A DNA stretch of 64,000 nucleotides from Podarcis gaigeae (taxonomy: Eukaryota). The notes below the pieces were generated by a model that was not told the DNA's origin, did not search any database, and saw only the letters and a program-made list of their open reading frames with translations. A program made the translations under genes and the position numbers. This document shows, piece after piece, positions 1-12,741 of the stretch. How positions within the stretch are numbered: position 1 is the stretch's first letter; every line of letters begins with the position of its first letter. The stretch lies in the NCBI GenBank assembly GCA_964106915.2, contig OZ066919.1. One strand, given 5' to 3'.

Positions 1-797
1 TTTCAAGTCTGCAATCACCGCAATGCAAAGCTCATTTGGGAAACGATTCTGTGGGTTCAGAGAGGAAAAAAACACATTATCCTTCCCTGTCACTCCCCTG
101 GCGATCGATCCATCCCTATTGAATATGACTGCATTTCCAGGTGTAAGTCAACCTGATCTTGAGCTGGAACTGGCCGATATAGCCGACAAAGATATATGGG
201 TGTCCAAGTTCAAATGCTTGACCGCTACTCTTGAGGATGTTGCCCGTCAGAAGGCCATTCTGGCTCAGAATCATAAATGGAGTGATATTGAAAACCTTCC
301 CAAACAGGACAAACTTGTATTCGAAACATGGAATGCCATCCCCAACACTTATATAAACATGAAAAAGTATGCATTTGGAGTCCTGTCGATCTTCGGTTCC
401 ACATATGTATGTGAGCAGGTCTTCTCCAACATGAACTATATTAAAAACAAACACCGATCACGCCTCACAGATGACAGCTTGCAAGCCTGTGTGAAAATGA
501 AGGTGACGTCTTACAGCCCTGATGTGCAGACACTGAGCACTGAGGTTCAGGAGCAAAAGTCCCATTAACCTGGTTACCTGGTTGTAAATTAAATATTTTA
601 ATTAGCTATTTGTCCTTTTTTCTTGAGATTGACAGCTGACTGCACGATCCTGTATATACAGCATTAAGGCAAGAAACAACATATACAGTGTTATATTTGT
701 TTTAAATGTTGCAATGTTTTTGCGGCTCCCAGTTGTTGTTGTTTTTTTGGAAACGGGTCCAAGTGGCTCTTTTTGTCTTAAAGGTTGCAGACCCCTG
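1..797 (+). mobile_element. 3' end of a hAT DNA transposon (Buster/Charlie/SPIN-like), truncated by the window edge
   Basis: Transposase C-terminus followed by a right TIR ...AAAGGTTGCAGACCCCTG ending at 797 (reverse complement CAGGGGTCTGCAACCTTT, Charlie-type). The next 8 bp (ATTTAGCA) resemble the Buster/Charlie target preference. Confidence 0.85.
2..568 (+). CDS. hAT transposase C-terminal part with the hATC dimerisation domain (GTF2IRD2/EPM2AIP1-like family); partial
   Basis: The frame is open from base 2 (FKSAITAMQSSF...) to TAA at 568. It contains the motif LSIFGSTYVCEQVFSNMNYIKNKHRSRLTDDSLQACVK, typical of Buster-group hAT transposases. Confidence 0.85.
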   Translation, partial: FKSAITAMQSSFGKRFCGFREEKNTLSFPVTPLAIDPSLLNMTAFPGVSQPDLELELADIADKDIWVSKFKCLTATLEDVARQKAILAQNHKWSDIENLPKQDKLVFETWNAIPNTYINMKKYAFGVLSIFGSTYVCEQVFSNMNYIKNKHRSRLTDDSLQACVKMKVTSYSPDVQTLSTEVQEQKSH

Positions 798-967
798 ATT
801 TAGCATATGATTTGCTAATGCTGCAGATATGGTCCAAAATGTACCTTTCGATTCCAGAAGAATCCAATATGCAGCAGGGGGCTGTTGCTGTGGACCAAGT
901 GTTCCTATTTAAAAAAGAAGAAACATTTTTATCACTTTCTTTTTTTTTACTTACTTACATATGTGTA

Positions 968-1187
968 TAGTGGTACCTCAGGTTAAGTACTTAATTAATT
1001 CCGGAGGTCCGTTCTTAACCTGAAACTGTTCTTAACCTGAAGCACCACTTTAGCTAATGGGGCCTCCTGCTGTGCTGTAGGAGCAAGATTTCTGTTCTTA
1101 TCCTGAAGCAAAGTTCTTAACCTGAAGTATTATTTCTGGGTTAGTGGAGTTTGTAACCTGAAGCGTATGTAACCCGATGTACCACTG
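968..1187 (+). mobile_element. Tc1/mariner (Tigger/pogo-like) MITE, family A
   Basis: TIRs (C/T)AGTGGTACCTC.GGTTA ... TAACCCGATGTACCACTG with TA flanks and internal TTCTTAACCTGA repeats. Homologous copies at 30428, 38568 and 55728. Confidence 0.85.
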
Positions 1188-2010
1188 TATTATACAAAAT
1201 TGAAAAGGGTGAAAACAGGAAGCTGTTGAACAAGGCACTTTAAGATCGGGGGTGGGGGGGACGGTTAGCCACCAGCTGGAGGACTGCCACTACTGCCACT
1301 GGGAGAAGCCCTCCCTGAAAATCACCAGCATAGTCCCACTTTTGCTGCCAACAAATAGCAAAAATGCTTTGAATGTTCCATAAAAATATGGAGTATACAA
1401 ACACAGTGACATGGCTGGAATTGCACTAGCCTGTCCCCGTAAGTTCAAGTGAGCTCTATGCAGCACAGGAGAACTAGCATCCCAGACTGGGCTTTGTAAA
1501 ACCTTATTTTTCAATAATTTAAAAGCTGCTGTGGTTATCCATTTAGGAAAGGGACAACATGATGAAAAGCAGGCTTTCACTGCAAAGAAAATGAGCTGGC
1601 ATAGATCGCAGCCACAGTAACTTAAGTTATCACTGACCTTCCCTCCCCATCCCGCAGCAGATGAAGTAATTTCTACCTTTTACATTTTCGAGAATGAGAA
1701 ATCTGGAGATAATCCTGTGAAAAATGATCCAAACACCAAAATAAATTTGTGTTTAAAATCACCTGTTTGCTGGGATAGAAAGCCCTGTATTGATTCTTTT
1801 AACAGAACATAGCTGAGACGGCAGATGCTTGGAAATTAAGCAAAAAGATGTCTAAAGCAGAAAAGTCTTCCTCACAAAATTGAATGCATTCATCTTTAAA
1901 ATGCCAAAGGGTCTTTTGCATTTTTACTGAAATAGATATCCTTCAAATATTCCCAGGTGTGTTTTTTCCCCTGGAAGGGGCTGTAACTCCCTGCCGCCTC
2001 CTCCTCCTTA

Positions 2011-2150
2011 ATCATAGAATCATAGAATTGTACAGTTGAAAGGGAGCATGAGGATTATCTAGCCCCTGCAATACAGGAAACCTTTGCCCAACATGGGGCT
2101 CAAATCCAAGACCCCAAAATCAAGAGTACCATGCTTTACCAACTGAGCTA
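2011..2150 (-). mobile_element. tRNA-Lys-derived SINE with CR1-type 3' tail
   Basis: Minus strand reads TAGCTCAGTTGGTAAAGCATGGTACTCTTGATTTTGGGGTCTTGGATTTGAGCCCCATGTTGGGC, then a CR1-like tail ending (ATTCTATG)n. Related to the 22531-22706 copy. Confidence 0.7.
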
Positions 2151-3149
2151 TTGGGAGAGCCTGATGTTCAACACAGTGCCAAAGAGAACAGTCCATCAAT
2201 GCAAAGATTTCTCCTTGTGTGCTGGAAAGCCCTCCCTCCTTCTCTCCTCCCCCCCCCCCCCCGGGGCTATTCTGAGAGTTCCCCCAAACCTCCAAAGCAG
2301 ATGCTGGGGGCTGTGTGGGTGCATATAGGGGGAGGAAAGGGGCGGAAGTTGAGTTACGCTAGTGCTAATCCTTGCATATGTGTCTACCACTTTCGCTGAA
2401 AATAGAGTGTGCTGAAGGCTTTGGCTAAATGGTCCTCGTTGCAGTTTGTTGTGTTGTAGCCCAATGAAAGTTCTTGCACATGCCAATCTGCAGAGTATCA
2501 GGAAGAAAAGAGTTGTTTCACATTGCCTGCTACTACCTGGTCCTCTTAACTGCTGATGACAGGGACTGAGACTGAGTCCGCCGCCTTCTATGTGCAATGC
2601 ATTTGATCTCACTCTGAACTATTTCTCCTTGCTTACGTTGGATTTCTTAGCCTAGCAATTTCCTACTCACCCAGAAGGCAGATGAGTGCAGTCCTCATGG
2701 TCTTGTTGGCACTGGGGTAATGAATGCTTGAGACTTAAAGCTTATAGGAACTAGGAAATGCTGACAGCAGATGTTTTGAATGAGTCGTCACGTTACTCTA
2801 CACTTTACATAATGAATATTCAAGTTTGTCGACAGACCATAAACATCAAATATACTGTAAGAGGATCAAGATAAGTGGGGTAGGGGGGAACAAAACACCT
2901 GCCCCCGCACACAAATTGTGCCCTTTTTGCAAGAACATTATAAAATCCAGAAACAGGTAAAAATTTGGACTAATTTCCCCTTCAATAATTGTGATCTAGT
3001 TTTGATGGCCACAGCAAAGAAATTGGTTGTGCGCTCTGTGATCTTACAATTGGAATCTGCCATTGAAATCAAAACATAAAATTCATCGGTGTTCCCCAAG
3101 TGTAGAGAAAGTACATGAGGCCGTGTGATGTGGCTGTGGAATCAAGCCA

Positions 3150-3600
3150 AAGGCAGAACTAGTCCAGCATCCTGTCTTGCAGTGGCCAACCAGATGCCCA
3201 TGCGAATCCCACAAGCAGAATGGGAGTGCATTATCCACATTTATGATTCCCAGTAAGTGCTATCCAGAGGCATTCCTCCTCCAACATTGATGGTAGAACA
3301 TAGCCATCGTGGTTGTCCACCATTGATACCCTTGTCCTCAATGAATTTGTTCAATCCTCTTTTAAAGCCGTTTGAGGAGGTGGCCACCACCATCTCTTGT
3401 AGGAACAAATTCCTATACGCTGTGAGAAGAGCTTTCTTTTGTCTGTACTGAATCTTCCAACACTCAACTTCACTGGATAGCCCCAAGTTCTAGTACTATG
3501 AGAGAGAGAGAAATACTTTTTCAGGTGAGGTGGCCAGAACTTTATTCCAGATGCAGTCACATTGTATATTTACACAACAACATTATCATATTGGCAGTTG
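3150..3600 (-). mobile_element. Old CR1-like LINE 3' fragment
   Basis: Contains TAGTCCAGCATCCTG...GTGGCCAACCAGATGCC. The minus-strand translation includes GRFSTDKRK / VVATSSNGFKRGLNKF, which resembles CR1 ORF2 C-termini. Boundaries are approximate. Confidence 0.6.
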
Positions 3601-3979
3601 AGTGCATGTTATATTTAAACCAACAGATAAGGCTCTTATTACCTAGGATATGAAGGGCTACATTTTGGAGGCCTTTAGACAGCTGGGCAATATGAAATAT
3701 TATTAATCTTATGCTAGTAATCCCACTGCATGATCAAAAAGGTCACTATAATGTATGAAGCTCTACTTCAGGGTTACATCTCAAAAGCCACTTACAATAT
3801 CCTTATGGAAATAGATGAAATAATATCCCAATTTTATCTGCTTCTTAAAATACATGTATAGTTCCTAGAAGGTGTCGGCATGCCACAGCAGCTGCTGTGA
3901 TTCTCCAGAAGTTTGACTTCTCCCCTGGAGCTGCACTCCATAGTCTCTTGAGATAGATGGATGCTAAGAATCAACTTGA

Positions 3980-4510
3980 CCTTCCCTCGGAAGGTAGCGG
4001 ACTCATTGGAGCTTTTTAAGCAGAGGTTGGGTGGCCATCAGGGACGCAGGTGGCGCTGTGGGTTAAAGCCTCAGCGCCTAGGACTTGCCGATCGAAAGGT
4101 CGGCGGTTCGAATCCCTGCGGCGGGGTGCGCTCCCGCTGCTCGGTCCCAGCGCCTGCCAACCTAGCAGTTTGAAAGCACCTCCGGGTGCAAGTAGATAAA
4201 TAGGGACCGCTTACCAGCGGGAAGGTAAACGGCGTTTCCGTGTGCGGCTCTGGCTCGCCAGAGCAGCGATGTCACGCTGGCCACGTGACCCGGAAGTGTC
4301 TCCGGACAGCGCTGGCCCCTGGCCTCTTGAGTGAGATGGGCGCACAACCCCAAAGTCTGTCAAGACTGGCCCGTACGGGCAGGGGTACCTTTACCTTTAC
4401 CTTTACCTGGGTGGCCATCTGTCATGGTTGCTTTAGCTGAGATTCCTGCATTGCAGGGGGTTGGACTAGATGACCCTTGGGGTGCCTTCCAGCTCTAGGA
4501 TTCCATGACC
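3980..4510 (+). mobile_element. CR1 LINE 3' end interrupted by a Sauria SINE
   Basis: ...TTTTTAAGCAGAGGTTGGGTGGCCATC[SINE]TGTCATGG...GATTCCTGCATTGCAGGGGGTTGGACTAGATGACCCTTGGGGT...CTAGGATTCCATGA. The same tail occurs at about 24850, 29335 and 33010. Confidence 0.7.
4041..4407 (+). mobile_element. Sauria SINE, full length, young
   Basis: tRNA-like head with A box (TGGCGCTGTGGG) and B box (GGTTCGAATCC), and an (ACCTTT)n tail. 12-bp TSD TGGGTGGCCATC at 4028-4039 and 4408-4419. Confidence 0.92.
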
Positions 4511-5889
4511 TTATGCATATGGAGTGTGTGCTCCACAACAAGGCAACCAAGAAAACAGATGAGAGAGGGAGTGGCCAACCCATAGTTCTACACTTAATAA
4601 TGAATTAGCTCCCATAAATGGGGTGTGTAACTGGGATGTCAGATGATGAACAGATGTCTGGATACTTGCTACGTTGTGATATTTTTAGTTCATGTTTGAT
4701 TCCCTCTCCCTAATAAACCAACACCGTCACCAACAATTGCTGTCTTTGTCTCTCAATATTCATAAAGGCTACAGTGGCCTCTAGTGGCCAGGAACCATGA
4801 CTGCAGTCCTGTATAATTGTAAGGATACTTGGGATAAAAAAGGACTTTGATGTCTCTCAACCTTTGGCCTCTGAAAATGAAAGAAAAAAGCCTGACAAAT
4901 GAAAAGGTCTCAAGGACGAAGGTCAAATCAGGGGTATCTATGAAAGCTGTGTAACATGTAGAAGAGAATCAGCTTTCTTTGCACTTGCCAGAGACATCTC
5001 CATAATGTATACTTTCCATAAGCTCACAGCTTCGGGGGCACATTGTTAAGAAACCTGCACATCAGATTTTGACACATCTGGGGAGGGGAGGGGTCATTAG
5101 CTTGACTCCAAATGGGTCTAGGAAAACTGAAAGTTAATGGTAGCAATTTAAGAGTTAAAGGTGGGGTGGAGAATCCCAAGCCCAGTAGCCAAATGCACCC
5201 TTCTAGCCCTCTCTCTCTCTGGCCCTTGGGAGTCTCCTCAGGCCACACCCCCACCAGCCCTGGAAGTACAGCTGATAAGATGCTATGGAGAGAACCTTGA
5301 GACACTTCTGGCCAGCCACACTTTCTTGGCAGCAAAACAATGCAATGCCTTGGGAGCAAAACAATGCAATTGTTGTGGAGTTGATCCCAAGGCTTTCCAG
5401 GAAGTGCAGCCAGCAGGAAGCTGCAGATGGAGCCTTGTGCTGATGTGAGCATTGGGAACTGATTGGGAACTGATTCATCTGACAATTTTGCCCAGAAGTG
5501 CAAATAATGACAGTGAAAAAATGCTTACCTTGCTTATCTAGAGAGGTGGTTCAGTGTTCATTTTGTTGATGCACTGTTTATTTTAAGTTTTCTTTTAAAA
5601 CTTAAAATATTATATATATAAAGAAAACATGGAAAATCCTGGCCACCTCTAAGGTCAAGTCAGTTGGATGGCTAACCCTTCCTGGAAATTTCAGAGAAAT
5701 TCCTTTCCCACCTCCCCATCATGTTGTTTTTTTAGGAGGGTTTTGCTTTAGCCCCTACTCAAGGAATAGCTGGAAAGAAAAATTCAAAATGTTCATCCCA
5801 CTCCTACATCCTCCCCACTCCCTGTGAAAATCCTTTTCCTGACAAAAAAGCTGTATCAGTCTAACCATCTCTGTCCCAGCATAATAATA

Positions 5890-6161
5890 TAATAATAATA
5901 ATTATGTATACCCCGCCCATCTGGCTGGGTTTCCCCAGCCACTCTGGGCAGCTTCCAGCAAAATATTAAAATACAATAATTCATCAAATATTTAAAGCTT
6001 CCCTAAACAGGGCTGCCTTCGGATGTCTTCTAAATGTCAGATAGTTGTTTATTTCTTTGACATCTGGTGGGAGGGCATTCCACAGGGCGGGCACTACTAC
6101 CGAGAAGGCCCTCTGCCTGGTTCCTTGTAACTTCGCTTCTCGCAGTGAGGGAACCGCCAGA
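5890..6161 (-). mobile_element. L2 LINE 3' end with (TAA)n-like tail
   Basis: Minus strand encodes ...LQGTRQRAFSVVVPALWNALPPDVKEINNYLTFRRH... (L2 ORF2 C-terminus). Probable TSD CATAATAATA. Sister copies at 18812, 37160, 55565 and 57205. Confidence 0.8.
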
Positions 6162-7092
6162 CATAATAATACGAATAAGAATAAACTAGTCCAAGTTAGA
6201 CTTGCCAGCCAGACTGTGCAAAGGATGACTAATGTATGGATTTTTGTTTCACTTCATTAAAGAGTTCAAGACGAGACATGTTTCTATACAATTTAAACCA
6301 CAGGCTGTGCTATTTTTAGCAAAGTGGTGAAATGAGGGGGGTTTTTTGTTTCTTATTCAACCAGATTGTTCTTCATTGAAAAACACTTTGCTCTTAAGCC
6401 AAGCAGAGATTTTCCCAACAGTGTGCACTACTGGTAAGGGGTAAGGAAGCCCAACTGTGCTAGTGCAAATCTTTCATGGGCTTCTGCTGGTGGGACCAGT
6501 TAGCTGAATCTGTCCCAAGCCATAGTCAGCTTCATTCAGCAGAATGAGGCAAAAGAATGCTGAGATAGTTGAATGGATGGCACTACTTCAGACTTGTAGG
6601 TAAAGAGTCGTATTCCCAAAATTTCCCATTTTATTCTGCTGCGCATAGTGGCTCAGCCTATCCAAGCTAACTAAGGGACTTTTCAGGTGAGATATTTCTG
6701 TAGTTTATGTCTTTTAAAGGATGTGACGTTCAATGTCATTGTGCCACTGGGTTTGGTTTTGTTTCACACAAAGCTGGTGGGGTCTACCCTCAAGACAAGC
6801 CAAGGTAGAGAGCTTAAATCTTTGCCCCTGTCTTGCTCTTATCAAAGTGGGAGGAATTTTTTTGACTTTGCTCCTTCTTTATAGATACAGATAATTTAAT
6901 CTTATTTATTGCATGAAAATCATAGCAATAACTCCAAAGCCAGGGGACAATGGTGCCACACAGTGACTCCAAATTACGAGGGGAATGCATGGCAGGGATT
7001 CTCCAGAATCTGTTCCTGGGCAAAAAGGCAATACTCCAAAATGTATGGCTAAAGAGCTCCTCCAAGGCATTTGCAGAATATTTATACCTCAC

Positions 7093-7255
7093 CAGTGGCG
7101 TAGCGTGGGGGGTGCAGGGGGGGCCGGCCGCACTGGGCACAACATCTGGGGGTTAGGGGGCTCAAATCCACAGGTTAGGGGGCGCAAATCCACGCCTTAG
7201 GGGGCGCAAATTACTTGCCTTGCCCCGGGTGCTGACAACCCACGCTACGCCACTG
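7093..7255 (+). mobile_element. GC-rich hAT MITE (CAGTGGCGTAGC TIR family)
   Basis: Perfect 17-bp TIRs CAGTGGCGTAGCGTGGG / CCCACGCTACGCCACTG. 8-bp TSD TACCTCAC at 7085-7092 and 7256-7263. Confidence 0.92.
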
Positions 7256-7952
7256 TACCTCACCATGAGCAACTGCAGCCTGTATCAACGTGTGTCACTA
7301 AGGAGGACGAATTCCAAGGCAGCAAATCCAAGGAAAGCACCAGGGGTGGGGTAGCATCCCTGCCACACCAGAGATCAGGTTTAAGATGGGGAAATGGCCC
7401 TAGCAGGACCACCAATGGTAACAGTAAAGGACAAAGGGCTCTGAGAGCTTATTGCATCATTTCTGTACTTCATCATATCAATATCTCGTACCTGATTGTA
7501 TTATCATGCTTTCATCACAGGATTGTTTCAGTCAAGGATCAAAGTCAACCTTTATCTGGTCCAGAGGCCTGCTGGATTTCTGAGGTGAGGCCCAAGGGGC
7601 AGCCAGCAGCTGGATCCAGTGAGAAGTCCTCTTCCCCTTCAAAAAAAAGCAAAACCGAAAAACAAGACAACCATTCCTGTTTGAGGGAGAAAGTGTGGTG
7701 ACGGTAACTTGGTGAGCAGTGCTGAACAACCTGATCTGAGACCATTTCCACTCCCCCACTTGTTTTCAAACTCTCCCTCCAGAATGAGGCTGAGGCCACC
7801 ATAACTATTGCCAGCTGGAAAATATGTCAACAAACCCCGGACTGAAAGAGTGGTGTGGGACCCTTGCTTATTTTCCTCCCTCCTCTAGATCACTGTTGAC
7901 TTTCCACTCCAGTTGCCCTACTATGTTTGCTTCATTCATTATTGTTAATATA

Positions 7953-8463
7953 CCGTATTGGCCCAAATATAAGCCACACTTTTTTTTCCAAATTCCGACC
8001 ATGAAAAGTCAAAGTGTAGCTTAAATTCGCGACCTTACAAAAACTGGCTTTTATGATATCGCTGCTGAAACAGACATATGGTAAAACGGAACAAAAAATG
8101 TTTTATTGCTGATTTGCAAGCTTGAGACTGTTGTGCAATTAATTCTAATGCCATTCATCGCTTTCCCCGTATTTTACAGTGCAATATTGGTTTTTTTTAT
8201 TTGTATTTACAGTGCTATGAACAGGTGTTTAACCCACTTGCAGGTCCTCTCTAGTACCCATAGGATTTTATTCTACATTTGCCATTTACAGGTGTGAGTG
8301 CCTATGGATTTGTAGCAATTGAATAGTGATTCACAATTTTAGAGATTGTACAGCACCTTTTGCAGGCGGCTTATATTCAGGTATTGTCTTTTTTTCTTTT
8401 TCCCCTTTGAATTTTAAAGGTGCGGCTTATTTGCAGGTGCGGCTTATATTTGGGCCAATATGG
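7953..8463. mobile_element. Tc1/mariner-superfamily (Tc2/pogo-like) non-autonomous element
   Basis: TIRs CCGTATTGGCCCAAATATAAGCCACAC / GTGCGGCTTATATTTGGGCCAATATGG with TA on both sides and subterminal GCGGCTTAT repeats. Confidence 0.85.
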
Positions 8464-9730
8464 TATTATTACCAGTAATTTTAGGTTTGCAACATTCAGA
8501 TTAATTCTACTTCTCGGTTCTGTGTGGACTGTGACATTATCATAGACACAGGTAGTCAAAGGGTCAAATAGCTGACAACTGCCAGATCTTACTGCCTCAC
8601 CTTCTTACCTCTTGGTGATGAGTTTGTGAGTAAGCACCCTGATGATGATGATGATGATGATAGCAGCAGCAGCAGCAATTACTACTACTATTACTATTAA
8701 TACCGCCCACTGGCCTTTTTGAATTTGGGAGTGGGGTGGCAAGGCTGCTGTTGCTAATGATACCATTTAGGGCATTAGAAATAAATTTCTTTGGATTAAT
8801 TAATACAACGAGCTAGACTGCAGTCCTTGTGTGTATACAGCGCAAGTGCACAGTATCCTTATGGCCTGTGGTGGGATTTGATCAAGCCTTGTCCACTCGT
8901 ATAATTCTGTAATCAGCAGCTTAAATTCAAGATCCCAAAATAGTAAGCAGGGCATCGCATTTCCCAACCTTACTTTTACAGATATTCATTCAGCTTTCCG
9001 TGTTAGCCTGACCTTTGTGGATTTGCTTTCCATAGAAAGTTGGCGCGCAGTCAGGAGTGAGGGTTTTTTAAACTTAAAAAAAAAATGGGTTGCACATTTT
9101 GTAATTTAGGAAAGGGTACAACATGCCTGAGCGTAAGTGTAAACCACTTGTGTCGTTTGAAGGAAGTTGAATTACAGAAGGCTATTATGTTTTTGCAACT
9201 GAGGGTAATCAGTTACTACGACAGCAAAGTTGTTAAAAATTGAGGAAAAGCTGTCTATCAAGCCAGGCTGTTAACCATCTGACATCTAATCCCTACATGC
9301 ACATCCGTTATCTAATTGACCTTCTCATGGTTGCCATAGCAACTGAGAGAAAAAGAAGGGATTTCCAGTAAACTGGAGGAAAAAGGGTATCACATGGAGG
9401 GGAGAGGTTTTGAGGTTGAAATCAGCAATGAACAGGGGTACGGAAGAGGCAAGCCACAGCCTACGCCCCCAATTCAGACCTCCATAGGAGGCAGACTGAG
9501 AGCCACAACCAGCCATATGTGGTTTTTCTTTTCTTTTTAAATAACAGCCTGGGGCATGTTAGTGCTCTGCAGCCTCCAGCTTCCAGGCTCCTATTTCAGA
9601 AACCAGAAACAGAGGTATGCTCACTTCTTTAAAGAGGACTTCATATTCATGCTACCTCCATTTTAACTCCTCTCCCCGGATCAAGTCACATTTGGCAAAT
9701 AGTGACCACTGAAAAGCTGTCACCTACTGG

Positions 9731-10151
9731 TAGGGATGGAGGAGGAACTTGACTGCGTTTGCATTTAAAGGTGAACCTACCAAATCTGTACTATCTGAAA
9801 CTATACATGAATCAAAACATAGCCATCCTTCAAAAGTCCCTGAATTTTGCAATTCTCCTTTTAGGCCAAGTAATGCATAAGAAACTGCATATACTGGTGT
9901 AATGTGTGTATAAAGATGCACATATTGGTGAATATAGCATACAAAATGCATTATTTCAGGGGAAATTGCTCTGCAAAAACATGTATATTACACAGATTTG
10001 CATACAAAAGTGTATATTAGGAGAAATTCACTGGTGAATTTTCATGAGGACTTAAACAAAATTCACAAACTGATGTAGAAATGCAAAGAATCTAATTTTT
10101 AATGGGGGAAAGACTGAGAGAACCTGAAACTGAGAGATTTGCGTATCCCTG
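9731..10151 (+). mobile_element. Older hAT-type MITE (TAGGGATG ends)
   Basis: Ends TAGGGATG ... TATCCCTG, TSD CCTACTGG/CCTACTGC (7/8). Diverged relatives at 16692-17091, about 31570-31880, about 44680-44950 and about 45880-46090. Confidence 0.7.
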
Positions 10152-10391
10152 CCTACTGCCTTGGCTGCTTCTAGCCATCTGATTATTTGCAGCCACCATC
10201 CTGTGTCAGATTTTACTGCAGGAGTCAGGTTTGCGGTTTTGTTCTTTAAAAAGCATTTGCAGCGGTTTGCAATAGTTCAGCTCCATGCATGAGCCACAGT
10301 TGCACACAGTCAGCTACCAGGTATCCAATGGTTATATGAATTGGATCTAAGTAAGGATAGATAGCATTGAAACAAAGGTGTGTGTGTGTGT

Positions 10392-10718
10392 GGTGCCAAA
10401 TTTATGTATAAGCTAAACAGCTATAGCTTAGGGCCCCACTCTCTTGGGGGCCCCAAAAAAATTTAAAGGAAAAATATGGATGTACATTTCCAAAATCTAA
10501 GATAAGATCTAAAGGAGGGGGGACTGGATGTACATTTCCAAAATCTAAGATAAAAAACAAATAAAATTAAACCTACATACAGCAACAGTGTTTTGTGTTG
10601 CGTAGGCTCCTATGATGTAAGTGATGGGTCTTGCCAGCTAGCCTGCTCCCTAAAATATCACCTATTAAAATATGTTACCTTCAGTAGCTTAGGGCCTCAT
10701 CAAACCTAAATCCGCCCT
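10392..10718. mobile_element. hAT-like MITE inserted in a (TG)n tract
   Basis: Right end ...AGCTTAGGGCCTCATCAAACCTAAATCCGCCCTG, with (TG)n on both sides. Internal duplication of TGGATGTACATTTCCAAAATCTAAGATAA. Confidence 0.55.
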
Positions 10719-12741
10719 GTGTGTGTGCTAATCTGAATTAAAAGTTTGTGTGAAAAAGGCCAAGGAGAGGAGTTAAAACAAGGAGATAACAGGAATGTGG
10801 AAATTCAAAAAATCCTGAAGTGCTTTTTCCTCAAAGTTTTTTTGTCAGATGAGGGCATTATCCACCTTTTTTGAGAGTGCTTCTGTCCATCACAGAAACC
10901 TCACTAGATAATAGAAGAAGTTAGAATTCTGTGATGTGCTCATTCAACTTCATCCATTTGACCTAAGAAATATTTGATGCTCATTGTAAAGAAGGAGGTA
11001 TGTACTTCTCTACATCATGTGAATGGTTCGGAAAGCGGGTACCCACACTTGAAAAATCATCCACGGTTGCACAAAAGCTTGTGTTTATTTTGTGTGGTTA
11101 TTTGGGCAAAAACACTCCATGCCCGCAATTCTGAGAAGAAAAGACGCATGTTTATGGAAGATACAAGAAGATTATTACAAAGATAAGGTGAGGAAAGAGA
11201 ATGAAATGAAAAGCGACAAGCATTGAGCAACATACCCTGGTCGAGAGGCGGGCTGCCAGTGATTGAGAGTGCAACCCTACACATATCTGCTCAGAAACAA
11301 GTCCTACTGAGTGCAAAAGGACTGGTGTACAGGGTTGCCACCTGAGAAAGCTGTAGCAGGCACTCACCTTTACACTCGGAGCTGAACCAGGTGGAAAGGG
11401 ATAGGGATGAAAGAAGGGCAAACAGAGGAAATGGGTCTAGAAACAGGTGCACTTTATGGTAAATTGCAGACAGGAGCATGCCTAGAAATATTGGAGGGGC
11501 TCAGAAAGGAGCAGCAGAAAGAAGAATCCTGAGTGAAATACAAAAGATGCTACCTGAGAACTGGATCTTTCAAGTTCTCTCATACTTAATAGTTGTAGCG
11601 TTGTTGCTAAATAAACAAGACAATCTAGAGGTGGTGTGTGGGTGTGTTTAATTACATACATAGTCAGATGCTCAGCCGGTAAAAATTGCTATATTTAATA
11701 TCTGTTTGAAACCAGTGCTGTGGATTTTGCCCTGTTACTCTGACCCAGGGCAATCCTATGCACCAGAAAGATTGCAGTCATTGTCTAGTTTTATGCAGGT
11801 TCCCTCTTTCTGCTTCTGTAGCTTTTTTTATCTTATACGCAACTTCTATTCAACAAACAGCTTTTGGTAGAAGCTGTGAGAACAGGGGAGCAATCTCAGA
11901 TTTCATTGGTAAGGACAGGGAGGAGAGTTTTCAGCAGTGCTGGTGGGAAATGCATAACAAGGTTCAAAAATATATGCTCAGATATATTCTAAATAAATGC
12001 AAAAAAGAGGTTTATTTTAATAGCACGTCTTGTGATCAAAAATGGCTCATAATAACCAGAGATCCTGCCAAACAATTGCATATGGGTCAAATTGAGTGAG
12101 AAATCCATTGAGGAAGACCATAAAACTGCATTAATTTATCACAGCAATTAATATGGCCTAATATCATGTATATAGTATGAAAACTTGAATAGATGCCATT
12201 AATACCTTTCTAACTGTAATTTGATACATGTCTACTCGCAAGAAATGGGCTTATTTTCAAAGTTAGTGGCTATTAGATTGCAGTGAAAATTTGCATTTTT
12301 AAAAACCTACCTTAGCAATATAGTACTACAGACACTGGTTAATATTAGGAATGCTGATGTAATTGTTAATGTCTTAAAGCAAAAATAAAACCAAGTGTTC
12401 ACGGTCAATGAACTGCCAATTATAGAGCTGAACAAAACATTTTTTGCAGCCGGATGTCTTCTCCGACGCTTCTACATGATTACCAAGTGATTCATCATGC
12501 ATCATGGGATATTTATGCAAAGTTATTATACAGAAATAGTTCCTTTTATCTCCCTTTCTATTTTAAAGTTTCACTTCTTCTTTCCATCCACAGTCAAAAT
12601 ATTAGCATTAATCATTCTTAATGACTGACTTGAAAAAAATCTTCTTTTGGGGAAGTGGTCAGTTTTTGCCAAAGGAAACTGCATGGCATATTCATGATAG
12701 CTTCCCTGAGCAGGTATAGTTTAGCAGCAGGATTCAGTTCT

